This document shows positions 47,291-55,509 of a stretch of 64,000 nucleotides of DNA, piece after piece. The position numbers and the translations under genes are program-made. Position 1 is the stretch's first letter; the number at the start of each line of letters is the position of its first letter. The stretch comes from a virus. The stretch lies in the IMG/VR virus record IMGVR_UViG_3300045988_047309, positions 2,082-66,081 of that record; one strand, 5' to 3'. The notes beneath the pieces were generated by a model, which made no database searches, had not been told where the DNA came from, and saw only the letters and a list, made by a program, of their open reading frames with translations.

Positions 47291-47463
47291 TGCTTATCCT
47301 CCTTTGCCTTTAAGTATCTTCGCTTGAAACTTTTGAACTGTTTGTTTATAGCATAAGCCTCTTCATCAAAGCCTTCATCTAAAGTACCAGACATAGCCAT
47401 AAGGGATTCTGTTGCTTGAAAGAAAGCTTCAAAGTCCTTTTCTGTTACATTCATTTTTGCCAT
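47287..47463 (-). CDS. 58-aa micro-ORF (not in ORF track), paralogue of 47125..47290
   Basis: Hand translation: MAKMNVTEKDFEAFFQATESLMAMSGTLDEGFDEEAYAINKQFKSFKRRYLKAKEDKQ. ATGA coupling to the next ORF. Shares the DEGFD block. Confidence 0.45.
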   Translation of the reverse strand: MAKMNVTEKDFEAFFQATESLMAMSGTLDEGFDEEAYAINKQFKSFKRRYLKAKEDKQ

Positions 47464-47511
47464 ATTCTCTTCTTTTTACCCTCTCCCTGTTGCCAAGGAG
47501 AGAGTGGTTAG

Positions 47512-48000
47512 TTAATCTTTTTTCGGCTTAATACCCCATGCAAGGCATCCTAATCTAATATCTGTATCAATGTTTGAGCCATCAAAAACTCTCTCTTCTC
47601 CACTAATACATGTTAGGGTAATACCTATAGGCAATGAAGGGTAGAGATATAGCGGAATCAAACGAAGTCCAAGAGTGTTTCTCTCATTAGCAACCTTCTT
47701 ATCAAATTCCTCCTTTGTAAGGTATCCATAGTCTAATTCTGACTGCAAGCAAGAAATTTCTTCCTCAACATCTCCTTCGGATTGCCAACTTCCAAAATGC
47801 AAGGCCTTACACTGACTTTCCGTAAGAGCATTCCAATCAATATCTTTCTTGAACTGTTCTTGAACTTTTTGCCAAGCATCATCGATACTTTCCTTTTTGT
47901 ATTCTTCGTCCCACTTCTTATATACTTGGGTACATGCAATTTGGTTTGCAAGCCATTTCAAAGTATTACTAACTTTGTCTTCTAATGAAATTTGTTCCAT
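47512..48000 (-). CDS. hypothetical early protein
   Basis: 162 aa, acidic and W-rich. Confidence 0.55.
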   Translation of the reverse strand: MEQISLEDKVSNTLKWLANQIACTQVYKKWDEEYKKESIDDAWQKVQEQFKKDIDWNALTESQCKALHFGSWQSEGDVEEEISCLQSELDYGYLTKEEFDKKVANERNTLGLRLIPLYLYPSLPIGITLTCISGEERVFDGSNIDTDIRLGCLAWGIKPKKD

Positions 48001-48029
48001 ATTACTTATATTTATCCTTTGCAGGATGG

Positions 48030-48335
48030 TTAGTTGATTTTCTTGATACTATCAATTTCTCCATAGTAAAGTACGAACTCTCTATTAGAGCGAGTACCAT
48101 CTTTCTTTGCAGGATTGACTCTTACCTCAATATCGCCAGTGAAATGGTTTCTATATTTCTCAGGAACAATACTTGCGATCCAGCATACATCACATCGGCT
48201 GCAGCTTACTTTGTCTCCAGCCTTGTATGGAAGACTTTCGATGTAGTCATTCACGCAAGAACAAATCTCATCGTTAGCATCATTGATGATGCTTTGTTGC
48301 TTTGCAACCTTTGCTTTTAATTCTTCTTTTGTCAT
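48030..48335 (-). CDS. hypothetical early protein
   Basis: 101 aa. Confidence 0.55.
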   Translation of the reverse strand: MTKEELKAKVAKQQSIINDANDEICSCVNDYIESLPYKAGDKVSCSRCDVCWIASIVPEKYRNHFTGDIEVRVNPAKKDGTRSNREFVLYYGEIDSIKKIN

Positions 48336-48339
48336 ATCA

Positions 48340-48867
48340 TTATATTTTTAAGTTACTATCTATATGCAAAGCATATAATAAATGTTGGAGTTCGTGAACA
48401 TAGGTAAACTCAAAACGAAAATCGTGATTACATTCATTTATATAGTTCCAATCTCTAAGATTTTCACATTGACTGATTTGTAAGTCACCATAAGTCATTC
48501 TATCAAGCTCGTCCCATTTATCATCCAATTCCTTGGAAAACTGATAGCCACGCTCTTCGCTGCCAGCGTAAAACCAGCTTATGGATTTTTCCCACCCATT
48601 CTTTTCTAAGATAGCAGGAACAAGAGGAATGGGAATAATATCCTTAACCCATGCACCACAATCGCCTAAGAGATAACCTTTATCTCCAAATTTCGCACCT
48701 TCGAGGTTATCCAAGCGGACAGTACCTTTCAGAACTGTTCCATCGTCTAACTCCAAAGTCTTTGACGTGTCGGAAGCTGCTACTCTGTAAACGACATCTT
48801 TTGCAGTACCTAAAGGTACTCCGTTTGTCATCACCATATCTCCTGGAATGTATTCTAACTCATTCAT
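48340..48867 (-). CDS. hypothetical early protein
   Basis: 175 aa. Confidence 0.55.
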   Translation of the reverse strand: MNELEYIPGDMVMTNGVPLGTAKDVVYRVAASDTSKTLELDDGTVLKGTVRLDNLEGAKFGDKGYLLGDCGAWVKDIIPIPLVPAILEKNGWEKSISWFYAGSEERGYQFSKELDDKWDELDRMTYGDLQISQCENLRDWNYINECNHDFRFEFTYVHELQHLLYALHIDSNLKI

Positions 48868-48872
48868 ATGCT

Positions 48873-49127
48873 TTATTTTATTCTTTTAAATCTGATAACA
48901 GCCTCTACTTGCTCATATGTTGTATGTGAAAAGATATAAAAATAGTAGCCTCCTCGACTATGATCAATTCCATCAGAAGCATTAACATCTACATTGTTAA
49001 ACTTGTAAACAAAAGTTTTACCGTCAATAAAGGTTAACTCATACACTCTTGTCTCAGTTTTAATTGGCTCTCTTTTGCATGCCGTAAATTGTAATACAAA
49101 GAATATTGCAAAAATTATCTTTTTCAT
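48873..49127 (-). CDS. small lipoprotein (early region)
   Basis: MKKIIFAIFFVLQFTAC: signal peptide with a lipobox-like FTAC. 84 aa. Confidence 0.55.
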   Translation of the reverse strand: MKKIIFAIFFVLQFTACKREPIKTETRVYELTFIDGKTFVYKFNNVDVNASDGIDHSRGGYYFYIFSHTTYEQVEAVIRFKRIK

Positions 49128-49139
49128 ACGCTATTTATT

Positions 49140-49337
49140 TTAAACATAACAATCTGCTTCAAAAGGGTTTCCGAACCTGTCACAGATAATAATATCGGCT
49201 CGATCATTGTTTACCTCCTCTCTGATTGCTTCTAATTGCTGAATAATGTTATCAATCGTCTTACCACTATAGTCTATAGCTATCTCTTTCAAAACAGCAA
49301 TTTTAGCATTAAGCCTTGCGTATTCTCCTACTGTCAT
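49140..49337 (-). CDS. hypothetical early protein
   Basis: 65 aa. TAATG overlap with the upstream gene. Confidence 0.55.
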   Translation of the reverse strand: MTVGEYARLNAKIAVLKEIAIDYSGKTIDNIIQQLEAIREEVNNDRADIIICDRFGNPFEADCYV

Positions 49338-49771
49338 TATTCTTCACCTCCTTCCTTTGGTAGTAAATCATCAATATAAAACCAATCCGATGTTCCAAGA
49401 TTAGAGTTTGCTTTATTCCATACTTCCGAAGGATTTTTGGAATACATATCACATGGAGGCGTGTATGTTGTGTAATAAAAAGGATATTTTAGTAATGTAT
49501 CCTCTTCTGTATCGTATATTGCTTTAGCTAATATGGATGCATTTGGTTTTGTTGGAATTTCACTTGCAGGATGCCACAGGTTCTTCAAGAACTCATTGAT
49601 AGCCCACTTAGCACCGTCCTTAAATAATTTTGCACCAAATTCTTGACAGAAATGATGTTGACCATCAACCTCTGTGTCTTCATTATAAGACATTATAGGC
49701 AAATCTTGTTCATATAAGTCTGCTGTTTCTCTTGCAGCTTGTTCAAGCTTCTTGTTGTCTATCATAACCAT
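49337..49771 (-). CDS. hypothetical early protein
   Basis: 144 aa. Confidence 0.55.
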   Translation of the reverse strand: MVMIDNKKLEQAARETADLYEQDLPIMSYNEDTEVDGQHHFCQEFGAKLFKDGAKWAINEFLKNLWHPASEIPTKPNASILAKAIYDTEEDTLLKYPFYYTTYTPPCDMYSKNPSEVWNKANSNLGTSDWFYIDDLLPKEGGEE

Positions 49772-49904
49772 CTAAGTATTTTACACATTATTAAATAAAT
49801 ATTATAAACATAGCGATTGGACGGATAATTATTACAGAAATCTCCTAAATCATTCGTTCAATCTAAGACCCACTTTGTGTGTAGTAACAACCACAAATCT
49901 CTTT

Positions 49905-50921
49905 TCATCCTTTCCACTCATCGGTTGTACCCACGAGGAGCTTAGTCTGGTCGTTATAAGGAAGGATAATTAAGTTAACCAAATCTTCATCTTTAGACGC
50001 ACCCATTGGAATAGCACCATACTCATCAACATAAGAAACGAAACTTGCTTGCCATATAGAGCCTTCGCAATTCTGTATCTTCCAAATACATCTGTCGAAT
50101 GGTTTGAGTTCAACTTTTGGCTTCAAATCTACTATCTGTTTTTTCTCTGCATCCCAAGCTTTGCCTTTCTCTGCGAGAGCTTCAAAGAGTTGTTTCTGCT
50201 CTTCTTCTGTAGATGGACGAGCTGTACAGAAGTCTTTTTTACAATAACCATCATCATTAACAATAGCTATGTTTCCATCGAGGAAAGCATGACAGTAATA
50301 CTTTTCGACATCTTTTGCCCTGAAGATAAAGATAAGATTATTTCCAATTTGAGGCGTAATGGTAATAATATCCCCATCCTTGAACTCAGGATGAGGTTTC
50401 TCTACTTCCAAGGTCTCAAGGTTAAGCTTACCACCTAATCTTTCCTCGATGTTTTTGATATAGGACTGAGCTTCATTATCGTTGGCTTTCTCAAATATAG
50501 AAGTAAGCATTTTGGTTTCTTCTTTACTATAATCTTCTTCGTCACATTCTTTCCAAAGATAATGCTTGCCTTTAAATCTTGTGTAGGTATTATCCTCAAA
50601 CTTTTCAAAGATAATGTGTGTGTTATCTTTACAAATCAAGACATCACCTTTCTTTAAATCGAACTTGTGCCAGTCACGCATTTCTTTTGAAGGAAGAAGA
50701 GTCTGTAAACCATCAGGACATCCTCTTACTGTACCAAATTCGGAATAACTACGATGGCAAGTAGTATTATTATCGGTCTCATTTGTACACCAAACTACTG
50801 TTTCTGTATCTGTAGTGCTGATTGTATCTAACTCGACATCTACATTATACAGCAAATCATATAACTTAGTTCCTTGCGGTTTATCTTTAAGAATTTCCGC
50901 TATGTTAATCTTTGCTTCCAT
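49905..50921 (-). CDS. hypothetical protein with three SH3-like repeats
   Basis: 338 aa. Recurring F.(L/K).GD(V/I)(L/I)... blocks (FDLKKGDVLICKD, EFKDGDIITITPQ, LKPFDRCIWKIQ). Confidence 0.55.
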   Translation of the reverse strand: MEAKINIAEILKDKPQGTKLYDLLYNVDVELDTISTTDTETVVWCTNETDNNTTCHRSYSEFGTVRGCPDGLQTLLPSKEMRDWHKFDLKKGDVLICKDNTHIIFEKFEDNTYTRFKGKHYLWKECDEEDYSKEETKMLTSIFEKANDNEAQSYIKNIEERLGGKLNLETLEVEKPHPEFKDGDIITITPQIGNNLIFIFRAKDVEKYYCHAFLDGNIAIVNDDGYCKKDFCTARPSTEEEQKQLFEALAEKGKAWDAEKKQIVDLKPKVELKPFDRCIWKIQNCEGSIWQASFVSYVDEYGAIPMGASKDEDLVNLIILPYNDQTKLLVGTTDEWKG

Positions 50922-50932
50922 ATTATTTTACT

Positions 50933-51133
50933 TTAATTTCTCATTATATGTAACTTAACAACTTTGTTTGCCGTGAGCGGTTGCTGTTTATTGAATTTCT
51001 CGATAAGCCTTCGTTCCATCTGCTCGGGGAAGATGGGCTTTGTCGGCTTTGGGATGGTGATAGTAGCTTGTGTTTTGCTACCATCACTCAAAGTCATCAA
51101 GCATCTTCTTGTGATTTGTTCTGTTTGAAACAT
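50933..51133 (-). CDS. hypothetical early protein
   Basis: 66 aa, with TAGGAGG 7 nt upstream of the ATG. Confidence 0.55.
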   Translation of the reverse strand: MFQTEQITRRCLMTLSDGSKTQATITIPKPTKPIFPEQMERRLIEKFNKQQPLTANKVVKLHIMRN

Positions 51134-51162
51134 ATTTTATCCTCCTAATATTTCTTTCATAT

Positions 51163-51387
51163 TTACTTTGATTTAATTTTTCTGATAGTGAAGGCACTAT
51201 CGTTGAGTGTTCTGCACCAGTCTATCTTGCCTTCTGTGTATAACTCATTCAGGGCTTGCTGTGGCTGGTGGACTCCTCGTTTGATGATTTCGGTGGTAAG
51301 AACGTGGCAGGGGACGATGTTTGCCGCCTTACGCTCGGACTGAATATCAGCGATGATGGCTAAGACTTGTTCTTTCTCGGTCTTCAT
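51163..51387 (-). CDS. small winged-helix-like protein
   Basis: 74 aa, with ...NELYTEGKIDWCRTLNDSAFTIRK. Confidence 0.45.
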   Translation of the reverse strand: MKTEKEQVLAIIADIQSERKAANIVPCHVLTTEIIKRGVHQPQQALNELYTEGKIDWCRTLNDSAFTIRKIKSK

Positions 51388-51424
51388 CTGGTGGGAAAGG
51401 TAAGAATGATACGTGAGTTACTTG

Positions 51425-51712
51425 TTAAAAGAGTGATAGCTGACCCTCCTTGTCGTGATAGTGATTCCCTGATGGGAATATCAGTTCCTCGAACATAGCA
51501 GACAGGCAGTTGGTGACTATTGAATTTCCTGCCAGGGCATAGAGCTTGCTTTTGCAGATGATGGGTGATCCGTCTTTCTCCTTGCTCAGGAGTTTGTCTA
51601 TGTCAGCTTCATGTACTCCCATCAGACGGAAACAATCTCTTGGAGTGTACTTCCTGATGGAGATGGAGTATTTCTTGCCGTTGGGTGCGGTGTGAATGAT
51701 TTCTTTATTCAT
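51425..51712 (-). CDS. C5-cytosine methyltransferase C-terminal piece (motifs IX-X)
   Basis: IRKYTPRDCFRLMG (motif IX, R.LTP.E..RL.GF-like) and LAGNSIVTNCL (motif X, GN..V). Confidence 0.75.
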   Translation of the reverse strand: MNKEIIHTAPNGKKYSISIRKYTPRDCFRLMGVHEADIDKLLSKEKDGSPIICKSKLYALAGNSIVTNCLSAMFEELIFPSGNHYHDKEGQLSLF

Positions 51713-51722
51713 TGTCCAGTTT

Positions 51723-51908
51723 TCATACCTCTTTAATGATTAATACTAAATTGTCTGTGAAGAAACTTGTGATGGTGTTACTAAGTCCATCGGTACGTGG
51801 TGTTCTGTGTTTCATCTTTGCTTGGAAGCTGCACTTATGAGTGTCGTATGCTTTGCGCATCATCCTTCCTTCGACTGTGCGTTCCTTGTAGAGGATGGCT
51901 TTTCTCAT
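51723..51908 (-). CDS. TRD-like module C of split C5-methyltransferase
   Basis: 61 aa. ...GLSNTITS...NLVLIIKEV*. ATGA coupling to module B. Confidence 0.5.
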   Translation of the reverse strand: MRKAILYKERTVEGRMMRKAYDTHKCSFQAKMKHRTPRTDGLSNTITSFFTDNLVLIIKEV

Positions 51909-52066
51909 GTCTCTTTAATGATTAAGAATAGTGGTATGCAGCCACCCCCATGGCCCATGGCAGAATTAAGGGTAGGAGAGATTCCTTTAGTGGAATAGAC
52001 CCTGGTATGCTGTTCGATTCTGCCTTTAATATGGAGGTTTGCCAACTTTATAATTTTGTCACACAT
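51905..52066 (-). CDS. TRD-like module B of split C5-methyltransferase (not in ORF track)
   Basis: Hand translation: MCDKIIKLANLHIKGRIEQHTRVYSTKGISPTLNSAMGHGGGCIPLFLIIKET*. RVY...G.SPTL...GGG is a canonical C5-MTase target-recognition signature. Confidence 0.55.
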   Translation of the reverse strand: MCDKIIKLANLHIKGRIEQHTRVYSTKGISPTLNSAMGHGGGCIPLFLIIKET

Positions 52067-52209
52067 TATATTTCCTTGATGATTAAAACTCCACCTTTCG
52101 GATAATGAGCCGTGTCAATGAAGTTCATTACACTTGCCTTACCGATACTGGCGGTGACTGCAACTGAGCATCCGTCAGCCGTTTTTGGTATCACTATCTT
52201 CGGGGGGGG
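52066..52209 (-). other. TRD-like module A, open only in the -1 frame behind the G8/C8 tract
   Basis: PPPKIVIPKTADGCSVAVTASIGKASVMNFIDTAHYPKGGVLIIKEI*. No ATG of its own. The frame has a stop codon 18 nt upstream of the tract. Confidence 0.4.
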
Positions 52210-52937
52210 TAGAGTTTTTGGATTGCTTCATTGATGTCTGCTTTGGAGAGATACTTTTCAAGAAGGGGTTGGGACATGAAATATTCTTGAGATACATTGT
52301 CTTCAAGTATGTCCTCAACCTTTGTGGTGAGTGGTATCGGTGAAGGAAAATGATACTCAGGGTTCGGGTCCTCGTCTGTTCTTAGAATGGAAAAGACAAA
52401 TATTCGCTCTCTGTTCTGAGGAATACCGTAGTCCTTTGCGTTCAAGACCTTATAGAATGACGCATAACCAAAACTCTCCAAATCTTTGAGATATTTGAAA
52501 AAGAAGGGCAGCATTTTCTTGGTGAGCAGTCCTTTGACATTCTCCAACATCACATACTTGGGGTGCTTTGCTTCTATCATACGTCTTTCCTGAAAGATAA
52601 GTGACGATCGTGTTCCGCTGCCTTCCTCTGCGCCTTTCCGCAGTCCTGCCATTGAGAAATCCTGACAGGGTGAAGACCAACTGATGAAATCGAAGTCAGG
52701 AACCTCGTTCCAGTCTATCCTCGTCACATCACCGAAGTTAGGAGCTTCCCATCCGTGAAGCAGCCGATAAGCCTGAATAGCAGATGGCTCTATCTCGGAT
52801 ATGCCCACCACCTTGAAGTCGAAATCAGGGTGTTTTTCTTTCAGATACTTAAACGAAAGAGACTGACTGCCATATCCTGCGAAAGCCTCGAAGACTCTTA
52901 ATGGGTTTTGCTGGTTGTAGTTGCTTGTTGCTATCAT
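52194..52937 (-). CDS. C5-cytosine methyltransferase N-terminal catalytic piece (motifs I-VIII)
   Basis: FEAFAGYGS (I), SWSSPCQDFS (IV), VMLENVKGL (VI), GIPQNRERIFVFS (VIII). Ends ...KLYPPRR* right after the C8 run. Confidence 0.85.
   Translation of the reverse strand: MIATSNYNQQNPLRVFEAFAGYGSQSLSFKYLKEKHPDFDFKVVGISEIEPSAIQAYRLLHGWEAPNFGDVTRIDWNEVPDFDFISWSSPCQDFSMAGLRKGAEEGSGTRSSLIFQERRMIEAKHPKYVMLENVKGLLTKKMLPFFFKYLKDLESFGYASFYKVLNAKDYGIPQNRERIFVFSILRTDEDPNPEYHFPSPIPLTTKVEDILEDNVSQEYFMSQPLLEKYLSKADINEAIQKLYPPRR
52202..52209. repeat. G8 (C8 on coding strand) homopolymer inside the methyltransferase gene
   Basis: Read directly: cggggggggt at 52201-52210. Confidence 0.95.
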
Positions 52938-52939
52938 TC

Positions 52940-53479
52940 TTATAACAGATTTGTAGGGATGCCAAGTCGTGCAAAGGTCCCGTTGTCACGATATATCTCC
53001 AACTGCGTTTTGCATAAGCTATCGGGATTCTTTTGCAGAAGCTCCAACATGCCGATAATGCGTTGACGAAGAACGTTGTCCTTTGTTCTTTTAGTATGCA
53101 ACTCCTGTTCGGCCTTTGTTTTTGAGATAAGCTGGCTTATCTTAGAAGGGTGCACGTTGGCGGCTACTGGCGGTTCTTTTGCTCCTATAAGTTCGTCCTC
53201 CCATCCTCGCTGATTGAGGAACGTTTGGAAATTCTTGCGATACTGCTTGTCGGGTTGGGAGAGTACATAGAGAGGAATGTACTCTATAGCAGCCTTGCGG
53301 TCTTTCTTGCTCATAGAGTTCCACTTCTTTTCCAACTTAGATTTGCAGCCGACTTTCTTTTCGTAGAGATTCCATGCCCGATCAAAGGTATATTCGTCTT
53401 TGACTTCCCTGGGTGGAGAAGTAACTTTGTAGCCGTTTTCTGTAAGAAATTGTATAGCCTGTCTGATTGCTTCTGTCAT
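52940..53479 (-). CDS. hypothetical replication-region protein
   Basis: 179 aa. FDRAWNLYEKKVGCKSKLEKKW...FQTFLNQRGWEDE is a motif common in phage replication-module proteins of unknown function. Confidence 0.45.
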   Translation of the reverse strand: MTEAIRQAIQFLTENGYKVTSPPREVKDEYTFDRAWNLYEKKVGCKSKLEKKWNSMSKKDRKAAIEYIPLYVLSQPDKQYRKNFQTFLNQRGWEDELIGAKEPPVAANVHPSKISQLISKTKAEQELHTKRTKDNVLRQRIIGMLELLQKNPDSLCKTQLEIYRDNGTFARLGIPTNLL

Positions 53480-53895
53480 AGTTCACCATTTAGATAATTG
53501 TCGATTGCTTGGATAAACTCGTCTATAGAACGGATGACGATGTACTTTCCTCCGTGCCGCTCCACTTCGCACTGAAACACCTTTTGCTCTGGCTCTTGTC
53601 TGCCTTTAGGTGTTTTGTTTTCGATGCAGAGGAAACCGAATTGAGAGGTGCGCTTTAGGAGCAGCATATCAGCAACTCCTGCCTTCATGCCTTCTTCTTT
53701 CAGCCATGCGGCTTGTCGTGAGGTTCGCTTGCCACCATTCGGAACGGCAAAGAAGACACCTTCAAGGTCAGGATATACCCCACGGATATATCTGACCTCT
53801 GCGGCTTGCAAGTTATGCTCGTCATAAGATGCACGCTTGCGTATCTTCTTGTCTTCCTGTTCTAACCTTGCCTTGATTTCTGCGTATGATGTCAT
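53476..53895 (-). CDS. VRR-NUC domain nuclease
   Basis: FAVPNGGKRTSRQAAWLKEEGMKAGVADMLLL...FLCIENKTPKGRQEPEQ matches the VRR-NUC PD-(D/E)xK core (D...E.K). Confidence 0.7.
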   Translation of the reverse strand: MTSYAEIKARLEQEDKKIRKRASYDEHNLQAAEVRYIRGVYPDLEGVFFAVPNGGKRTSRQAAWLKEEGMKAGVADMLLLKRTSQFGFLCIENKTPKGRQEPEQKVFQCEVERHGGKYIVIRSIDEFIQAIDNYLNGEL

Positions 53896-54653
53896 TACCA
53901 GTCAGTTGAGAAAAGGTCGTTGAGAGATTCTTTACCCATGATACGGATGGCTTCTTTTGTAAGGTCTTCACTCTTGAAGTAAACGCTCGCGTCGTTTATT
54001 GCCTGATTATATCGAGTAGAGAAACTTTCTCCATCCTTAACGATACACCATTTTTTTTCGGGGCTGCGAAAGTCAGGTTTCCATCCTTTGTTGAGATACT
54101 TGGCGATGTTCTGCAACTTATTAAAAGCGGCCAACCGCTTTGCTTGAGCCGTACTTGTACAGTTGCTTAAATCATTATAAGTAATATACCCTGAAACGTT
54201 ATTTTCGATTTTTTTATCATAAACCCAGTATGTTCTTTTGTGTAAGAACAGTTTCTTGCAAATATCATCATAAGTGATAGGGTTTCCTTCATCATCTTTA
54301 GTAGGCTTCTCGTCTCCTTCAATCTTCTTACGAACCATCAACTTACCATCCTCAGCGAAGAAGAACTGGAGGTTATCAGGTACAGGGTACTCAACTGCCG
54401 AACCATCAGCAGGAATACGCAACTTAGATAAGGTTGCATTGCCGTTGTTGATGTTGTTGATGTCCTTGTTGGTAATTCCTTTAGCATGAATATCAGGAGT
54501 CTTTTTTGCTTCTGCCATTTTCTCAGCAATCATTTCCGTACCCTTGCCAAGTAATGCTCCGAAAAGCATTGATACGAATGGTGATAACTCCGTTTTGTTG
54601 TTGTTGCGCTGACGATCATGTCTGTTGTTGCGCTTGTTGTTTCTGTGTGTCAT
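53895..54653 (-). CDS. hypothetical protein
   Basis: Starts MTHRNN, 1 nt after the upstream stop. Basic N-terminus. Confidence 0.5.
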   Translation of the reverse strand: MTHRNNKRNNRHDRQRNNNKTELSPFVSMLFGALLGKGTEMIAEKMAEAKKTPDIHAKGITNKDINNINNGNATLSKLRIPADGSAVEYPVPDNLQFFFAEDGKLMVRKKIEGDEKPTKDDEGNPITYDDICKKLFLHKRTYWVYDKKIENNVSGYITYNDLSNCTSTAQAKRLAAFNKLQNIAKYLNKGWKPDFRSPEKKWCIVKDGESFSTRYNQAINDASVYFKSEDLTKEAIRIMGKESLNDLFSTDW

Positions 54654-54654
54654 A

Positions 54655-55092
54655 TCAACTATAATTTTGTAAAATGTTATTAAACTCGTCTTCTGTGACA
54701 CCATTGGCTACCATGACGGTAAGGATGGTGTCTAAGACCTTAGAATAAACTTCATTAAAGGCTGGCTCATCCATCTTGGCGAAGGAGATAGACTTGGCCT
54801 TCTCCAAGAACTTCTGTCCGTTCAGGTCGTAGAGCGGTTCGCTGAATCCTGACGTTATCAGAAGCTGTTCACGAAATGTATCTACTGAGCGTAGGTTGGT
54901 GCGCTGCTGCTCGGTAAGACAATCCCATGCCGCTCTGATAAGAGAGAAAAACTTGCGATGGAACTTCACGTTGCGAGGTCGGACGATGTTCGCCTTGACG
55001 ATTGTTCCAACCTTTATTTTTTTCATTTCCTCATAATCATCGTCCGAATATGGACGAAGACCAGTAGATGTTCGTACAAGATGGATTTCCAT
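54655..55092 (-). CDS. DUF1367-like phage protein
   Basis: MEIHLVRTSTGLRPYSDDDYEEMKKIKVGTIVKANIVRPRNVKFHRKFFSLI... follows the DUF1367 N-terminal pattern. Confidence 0.55.
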   Translation of the reverse strand: MEIHLVRTSTGLRPYSDDDYEEMKKIKVGTIVKANIVRPRNVKFHRKFFSLIRAAWDCLTEQQRTNLRSVDTFREQLLITSGFSEPLYDLNGQKFLEKAKSISFAKMDEPAFNEVYSKVLDTILTVMVANGVTEDEFNNILQNYS

Positions 55093-55102
55093 GTCTTATG
55101 TA

Positions 55103-55501
55103 TTAACGTTGAGGGAATGGGATATTCCCTTGCTGTGCCCCTCCATACGAAGGTTGCTGATATGGGGTGTTTTGTGGCTGTTGGGGTGCGCCTATCTGAC
55201 TCTGAGCAACCTGACCGCTTGGCCGTTCCACCTTCCAGCAGTCCAGTTGATTGAACCATCTGCCATTGGTGCGAGACTGGTTCGCCTTCAAACCGATATG
55301 GGCAGTGATAATCTCTCCTGCCTGGATATTGAATTGCTGCAACTTGTCCGACCCGAACACCTGAAAGACGGATCGTGAAGGATATTGCTGGTTCAATTCC
55401 TCTATTACATACTCGCACGAACTCCATTGTTGTCCGTTTTGCGAAGTGCCCATTTGCACTTGTCCTACGGCAATAATCTTGCCTGTAAAAGTTACATTCA
55501 T
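55103..55501 (-). CDS. DUF3127-like OB-fold protein (SSB-like), Q/P-rich tail
   Basis: MNVTFTGKIIAVGQVQMGTSQNGQQWSSCEYVIEELNQQYPSRSVFQVFGSDK matches the Bacteroidota DUF3127 pattern. Confidence 0.6.
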   Translation of the reverse strand: MNVTFTGKIIAVGQVQMGTSQNGQQWSSCEYVIEELNQQYPSRSVFQVFGSDKLQQFNIQAGEIITAHIGLKANQSRTNGRWFNQLDCWKVERPSGQVAQSQIGAPQQPQNTPYQQPSYGGAQQGNIPFPQR

Positions 55502-55509
55502 ATTGTTGC

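Noticed and set aside
55023-55427. ORFs overlapping the DUF3127-like gene (55023..55427 -, 55091..55378 +)
   Set aside because: They lie in alternative frames or on the opposite strand of a gene with a recognisable family pattern and tight operon spacing.
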